A stretch of DNA of 64,000 nucleotides, taken from contig SHMW01000014.1 in the NCBI GenBank assembly GCA_008080735.1, positions 1-64,000 on the forward strand, written 5' to 3'. Made by a program: the position numbers and the translations under genes. Below, piece after piece: positions 59,136 through 64,000 of the stretch (its first letter is position 1; every line of letters starts with the position of its first letter). Origin of the DNA: Promethearchaeota archaeon. Lineage in GTDB: Archaea; Asgardarchaeota; Lokiarchaeia; Sigyniarchaeales; SOKP01. The notes under the pieces were generated by a model that was given only the letters and a program-made list of their open reading frames with translations, made no database searches and was not told the DNA's origin.

Positions 59136-59636
59136 GTGGCTCTTAGTTGGAACGATATCGAGTCTTCCACAATGAATCTAGAAGACTATTTGGACTATAT
59201 CCAGAAACATCCAAAACTAAAAGAAAATTACAAACAATATTCTCCGAATAAAGAAATTTTAGATAAAATCTCCAATATTATTACCAAGAAAAATGAAAGA
59301 GTACAACTTTTGGCGATAGGGGCAGAATGGTGCAAGGATTGTTCCGAGCAAGTACCCGCTATGCTCAAAATCGCAATTTTAATTGAAAATAATATATTTC
59401 ATTTTGAAATTTTATACGGCGTGAAAACTAATCCTTTTCATAAAGAAGATGAACCCCTCTGGCATGAAAAACATTCTCCTCTGGAAGCTACCAATCCGAA
59501 ATTTGCCTTAGAGGCAATACCTACATTCTACTTTTTTACCAAAGAAGGTACACATCTGGGAAGAATTGTTGAGGGTCCACAAGATAAAAAGACTCTGGAA
59601 GAAGAGATATTGGAAATTCTCGAAGAAAATTTATAA
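59136..59636 (+). CDS. Thioredoxin-family protein
   Basis: AEWCKDC; IPTF; GRIVEGP. Confidence 0.88.
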   Translation: MALSWNDIESSTMNLEDYLDYIQKHPKLKENYKQYSPNKEILDKISNIITKKNERVQLLAIGAEWCKDCSEQVPAMLKIAILIENNIFHFEILYGVKTNPFHKEDEPLWHEKHSPLEATNPKFALEAIPTFYFFTKEGTHLGRIVEGPQDKKTLEEEILEILEENL

Positions 59637-59675
59637 TTTCTTTCCGTCAATAAAGTTAAATGTGGGACTTGCTAT

Positions 59676-61721
59676 ATGTTTTTTATGAATAAATTAAAAG
59701 TTCAAAGAGTAATCATCTTCAAACACGGAGTCAGTTATTTCATACTTACCGGAAAAATCAAAGGCAACGGGACTTTTGAACTTGAATTCAAAATAGATGA
59801 GATGAATGATGTATTAAAGTCATTATTTGTCTTAGATACGAGCGAAAAAGGATTCGTTTCCAGTATATCGTATGATGCGGCTCTGGAAACCTCACAATTA
59901 CTTAAATCAATTATTATCGAAGTTCCAGATAAAGACTCACTCACTTCTCTTCTCACGCAAATTAAAGGTGCCAGAGTTAAACTCATCCTTGGAAATGATG
60001 TCAAGGAAGTGAAAGGCACAATCATGGGTATTGAATTCAATGAAAAACTACAAAACGAGATGAAACTCATAGAAAAATTGCTGGTACTCCTAAAAGATGA
60101 CGATGTGATTGTAAAAATCCCCTTTACTGAAATCTCCTCATTCGACATTCTAAATGACGAGATAAAAAACGACCTTAAGTTCTACCTTGAGACGATAATC
60201 GCTGGCAAAAAGAAGGATAGCAAAAATATTATCATTAATTGTGAATCGGGAGGAGATAATAATGTGGAAAGAGAGATTGTAGCAAGTTATATTCGAGAGT
60301 CTCCAATATGGAAAACTTCTTATCGGCTTATCATGAGCAAACAACAAGATGCGCGTGAAGTAGCATTGCTTTCTGGATGGTGTATGGTCGAAAATACTAC
60401 AAACCAAGATTGGGAGGACATTGACCTTACTTTAGTAGCGGGTATGCCGGTTTCTTTTGTGTATGATTTTTATCGCCCAATATTTATCGATCGCCCGAGA
60501 GTCGAACCACCAAAAGTCTTAAGCGCAAAACCAACAGATATCGAGGAAGGTATTGCTAATGAACGCTTTAGGGAATATAAGATGGCGGAAGAAATGGAGG
60601 AAGCTGCACCCCCACCTGCAAAAGCCAGAAAAGCTGCCTTTGGGGGTGGGGCTATGAGAGCGATGGCACCCGAGCCTACGGCCCAAATGGATGATTCAGC
60701 CCTTATGGATAAGGTTAAGTCCTCTACGAGGGCGACCACCAAGGATTTAGGAGAATTATTCGAATATAATATTTCGAATCCCGTTTCTATCAAACGGAAA
60801 AAAAGTGCATTAGTTCCCATTCTTACTGAGGAAATTAAAGCGAAACGAATTTTATTATACAATAAACAAGAACACGTCAAAAACCCTAACGCTTGCCTTG
60901 AGATTACCAATAATACCAACTTAAAATTAGAACGAGGACCAGTAACCATTGTTTATGATAATAATCTCGCGGGAGAGGCCATTATTCCGTTTATGAATAA
61001 GGATGATACGCGCCTCTTGAATTACGCGATTGAGCAAGCGGTGCTTATCGATACGGAACAAAAAACAGAGAATAAAAATATTCACAAAATTTCTTTCGGA
61101 GGTGCCTATTGTTATGAATATTATTACACAAACTTGACTAGCATCTATAAGATTAAGAATAAAACCGATGAGACAAAAGAACTATATATCGATCATCCGA
61201 AGAAATCTGGTTATGATATTATTGAAAAGCCAATAGAGCCCGAGGAAACTGCGAATTATTGGCGATTCAAGCTTACCTTAAAGCCTAAAGATGCGATTAA
61301 TTTCACGATTGTCGAGCAGAGAGAAAATTATTCCAGCTATTACATCTGGAACTGGAATAAAGATGATATCCTTAAAAAAGTATCCTTCTATATTCGAAAA
61401 GAATTCATTGATAAGAAGCTGGAAACTCAATTAACTGATATCGCGGATCTCATAGGAAGGGTAAACCAATTAAACCAAGAAAAAGCTAAGTTAGAAACGG
61501 AGCGAAATACTCTAACCTCTGAGCAAGAACGCCTGCGAGAAAATATAGCCGTTCTGGGAAGCACCACACAAGAAGCATCCTTAAGAGAAAAATATGTTAA
61601 AAAGCTTACAAATCAAGAAAATCGATTTGAAGAGATTCGGACGAAAATTGACGAGTTAGATAAAGAAATTAAGCAACTTAATGCTCAAATCGAGAAGAAA
61701 ATTAACGATTTAAAAGCTTAG
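59676..61721 (+). CDS. DUF4139/DUF4140 family protein with C-terminal coiled coil
   Basis: FKHGVSYF; MNDVLKSL; PIWKTSYRL; GW..VENTT..DW; GELFEY; EQERLRENI. Confidence 0.8.
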   Translation: MFFMNKLKVQRVIIFKHGVSYFILTGKIKGNGTFELEFKIDEMNDVLKSLFVLDTSEKGFVSSISYDAALETSQLLKSIIIEVPDKDSLTSLLTQIKGARVKLILGNDVKEVKGTIMGIEFNEKLQNEMKLIEKLLVLLKDDDVIVKIPFTEISSFDILNDEIKNDLKFYLETIIAGKKKDSKNIIINCESGGDNNVEREIVASYIRESPIWKTSYRLIMSKQQDAREVALLSGWCMVENTTNQDWEDIDLTLVAGMPVSFVYDFYRPIFIDRPRVEPPKVLSAKPTDIEEGIANERFREYKMAEEMEEAAPPPAKARKAAFGGGAMRAMAPEPTAQMDDSALMDKVKSSTRATTKDLGELFEYNISNPVSIKRKKSALVPILTEEIKAKRILLYNKQEHVKNPNACLEITNNTNLKLERGPVTIVYDNNLAGEAIIPFMNKDDTRLLNYAIEQAVLIDTEQKTENKNIHKISFGGAYCYEYYYTNLTSIYKIKNKTDETKELYIDHPKKSGYDIIEKPIEPEETANYWRFKLTLKPKDAINFTIVEQRENYSSYYIWNWNKDDILKKVSFYIRKEFIDKKLETQLTDIADLIGRVNQLNQEKAKLETERNTLTSEQERLRENIAVLGSTTQEASLREKYVKKLTNQENRFEEIRTKIDELDKEIKQLNAQIEKKINDLKA

Positions 61722-61808
61722 GAATTTTTCTACTTAATTTTATTAAAAATTAAAACTGAGATTCACCAAATATCGATAAAGAAATTAAACACTTTTTTTT
61801 GTATTTTT

Positions 61809-62150
61809 CTATTTTAAGTATATAATTGGAATATGAAAATTATAAATGTGGAATTTAATGACAGAATTCAAAATTAACAAATATTTAAAATTAAATTCTT
61901 TACACCCAGTATATCGAGGGTGAGTTATTTTCTTTCTAAAATCTGTAAAAACATCATGATTCCATGCTTCATACAGATTGAATTTATGAAGATCTACACC
62001 ATGATCCGCTTGCATAAAAGAGCAGGATTTTGCTCTTAAGCTCCAATCCACGTAGCAAGAATAACGAGCTCCATTGCATCCATTGCATCCTCTCTGATTT
62101 TCTTTTTGGATTATATTGGTCTCTTTTAGCTCTTAGGTTATACAAGACTT
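61809..62150 (-). pseudogene. Radical SAM/SPASM C-terminal remnant
   Basis: SCIT*ELKET...GCNGCNGARYSCYVDWSLRAKSCSF...EAWN...FRKK....GCK; in-frame stop; no radical SAM core. Confidence 0.65.
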
Positions 62151-62251
62151 TAATTTCTTGATAAAGGAGAACCATTCCAGTTAAAAGGAAGATTGCAAAA
62201 AAGAATTAAATCATGCATAATTTGTATTTTCTAAATTTAATGGTGAATTTA

Positions 62252-62455
62252 GTGAGTATCGAAAAGCTTGAAAAACAAGTAGAAGACCTCATGGAGCAGC
62301 GAGATGAACTAGAAGAAAACTGTGATACTCTTCCTCAATGCAAAGACGAAAACGGCTGTTCTTCTTGTGATATTTATACAAAAATCGAGAAGATTGATAA
62401 CAAAATTGAGGAAATTGAAGAGCAGATTGAAAAAATAATGTCAGAAGATGAATAA
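62252..62455 (+). CDS. Small coiled-coil protein with central Cys4 motif
   Basis: SD GGTGAA 4 nt before GTG 62252; C-x5-C-x5-C-x2-C flanked by heptad helices. Confidence 0.75.
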   Translation: MSIEKLEKQVEDLMEQRDELEENCDTLPQCKDENGCSSCDIYTKIEKIDNKIEEIEEQIEKIMSEDE

Positions 62456-62626
62456 CCTCATCAAAGTGTATTTAATCATAACTTCCTATTAGAATTCAAC
62501 GATTTATTCCCTATTTTTTCTTAATCTTCTTTTTTGCCTTCTTTATTATATCTAATCTATTATCATCAAATTGATTGGATAAATATACCGATTTAAAAAA
62601 AGAAAAAAGGAAATTGTTATTTGATC

Positions 62627-63925
62627 TTATATCCCTGACATCTTATATAGCGTTCTAAGGGCTCTACTCATGATATATTGTTGAATCTGTCTACTACCTC
62701 CCACAATCTCCTGAATCCTAGAGATGTTTATATAATCATGCATCAAGGTGTTATCGCAGAGTCCCGCTCCGCCCATCAAATTCCCTGCTTCATAACAAAC
62801 ATCCTTAGACAGCTTTGCTGCTTGATATTTCAGTTGGGATGCTGATGCAACCATTGCCTGTTGGATATTTCCTGGAATCTCCATATCTCCTCCGAATTTT
62901 TCAACTTTCTCATCATATGCTTGACAGAATTTAAGCATTGCCAGACTTAGATTCGTGGTCTGTGCCCATAAGTCGCTCAGTAAAAAGCCTACCCCTTGAA
63001 ACTTAAGAATCTCTTGATTAAATTGCTCTCTCAAGTTAGCATAGATAGCAGCGTGCGCCACAGAGCCCCAACACTGTGCTAGACTCATAATTGCAATTGA
63101 AATTCTCTCGGGAACCAATCCTTCGAAAAGATATTCCCGACCTTTCCCTGGAGCGCCTAACACATATTCCCTCGGCACATGTAAATTATTTAATTCCTCT
63201 TTTCCAAGCCATAACTTCGGTACCCAAGGGATATTCACTCTTTCAACGTTAAAGCCATCCCAGCTTGTATCGATTAAAAACTGGGCCATCTGATTGGGAT
63301 TATTGGCTTCTGTGGTTGCATAACATACTACATACCCCGCTTTTGGAGCATTGGTATTGTAAATCTTGGTTCCGTTTAAGATAAAGCTTCCATCGTCTTG
63401 TTCATCGCATGTGGTTAATTGATGAACTGCATCGGACCCTCTGTCGGGCTCTGTTATTAAAATTGCTCCAGGTGTCTTTCCTGTTACCATCGCTTTTAAG
63501 GCTTCTAATCTAACGGGCACATCATCATGATGCCAGTATACAGGATTCACCGCTAATACTGTTGCGCCACTCCCCATTAAGAACTGGGGAGAAAACATAT
63601 CTATCGCGAGGGTTTTAATAAATTCTGCGGTTAATCCCCAATATTCATAATTGACATCTACCATATCAAAATTATGTGCGCGCGTAATATAACCTTCTTG
63701 TCCGAAGTCTTCAACCCACTCATATAAATCCTCCTCTGGTCCGTGTGTAATATTGTTCTTTTTTTCATATCTCTGGCAAAATCGCTCTACTTCTTTAAGA
63801 AAATTGAATTCATCCGGTGTAAGTATTGACATCAAATTGGTGTTTAAAAACGAATATCGATTCTTCAAACTGAGTTTTTCTAGAATCTCATCATTTATAG
63901 CTTGTGTCATGTATTCTTTTGTCAT
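62627..63925 (-). CDS. Acyl-CoA dehydrogenase family protein
   Basis: ITEPDRGSDA; LNGTKIYNTN; REQF...ILKFQGV; MGGAG; EIVGGSRQIQ. Confidence 0.92.
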   Translation of the reverse strand: MTKEYMTQAINDEILEKLSLKNRYSFLNTNLMSILTPDEFNFLKEVERFCQRYEKKNNITHGPEEDLYEWVEDFGQEGYITRAHNFDMVDVNYEYWGLTAEFIKTLAIDMFSPQFLMGSGATVLAVNPVYWHHDDVPVRLEALKAMVTGKTPGAILITEPDRGSDAVHQLTTCDEQDDGSFILNGTKIYNTNAPKAGYVVCYATTEANNPNQMAQFLIDTSWDGFNVERVNIPWVPKLWLGKEELNNLHVPREYVLGAPGKGREYLFEGLVPERISIAIMSLAQCWGSVAHAAIYANLREQFNQEILKFQGVGFLLSDLWAQTTNLSLAMLKFCQAYDEKVEKFGGDMEIPGNIQQAMVASASQLKYQAAKLSKDVCYEAGNLMGGAGLCDNTLMHDYINISRIQEIVGGSRQIQQYIMSRALRTLYKMSGI

Positions 63926-64000
63926 TTTTTTCTTCCTCAAAGTTAAGATTTCAATATAATTGTTACATTATATTTTGAATATTATAAATTATGACTATTA

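Noticed and set aside
50884-59636. Selenoprotein versions of TusA, DsrE or thioredoxin
   Set aside because: All active-site codons are TGC/TGT, and no TGA interrupts the reading frames.

Overview
AT-rich archaeal chromosomal window, most consistent with an Asgard archaeon (Lokiarchaeia/Promethearchaeia). The assignment is inferred from GTGAT-type Shine-Dalgarno (SD) motifs, archaeal Cdc48, CdhD and FwdF, a Loki-CTERM-like tail, a HEAT+LRR protein, a longin-like remnant and a lineage-style histidine kinase family. The window holds about 45 genes. They include six paralogous sensor histidine kinases with one stand-alone receiver, Wood-Ljungdahl genes (metV-metF, fwdF-like, cdhD) and an hsp20-cdc48-Phr-like regulator-zincin cluster. 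It also carries an orphan adenine methyltransferase, a B12 radical SAM + hydrolase pair facing an HTH-V4R regulator, argG/dapABF/lysA/leuCD, LysR-DsrE-TusA, an Hrq1/MrfA helicase, tRNA-Pro(TGG) and three pseudogene remnants. No CRISPR array, rRNA or mobile element was seen. Two observations stand out. (1) Several genes, including cdhD and an unannotated 54-aa ORF divergent from it, appear to initiate at near-cognate ATT/ATC/CTG codons placed at the normal SD spacing. (2) An HEXXH mini-zincin ending in a proteasome-docking HbYX-like tail is clustered with HbYX-bearing Cdc48 under a palindromic operator. All product calls come from motif recognition by eye; no database searches were run.
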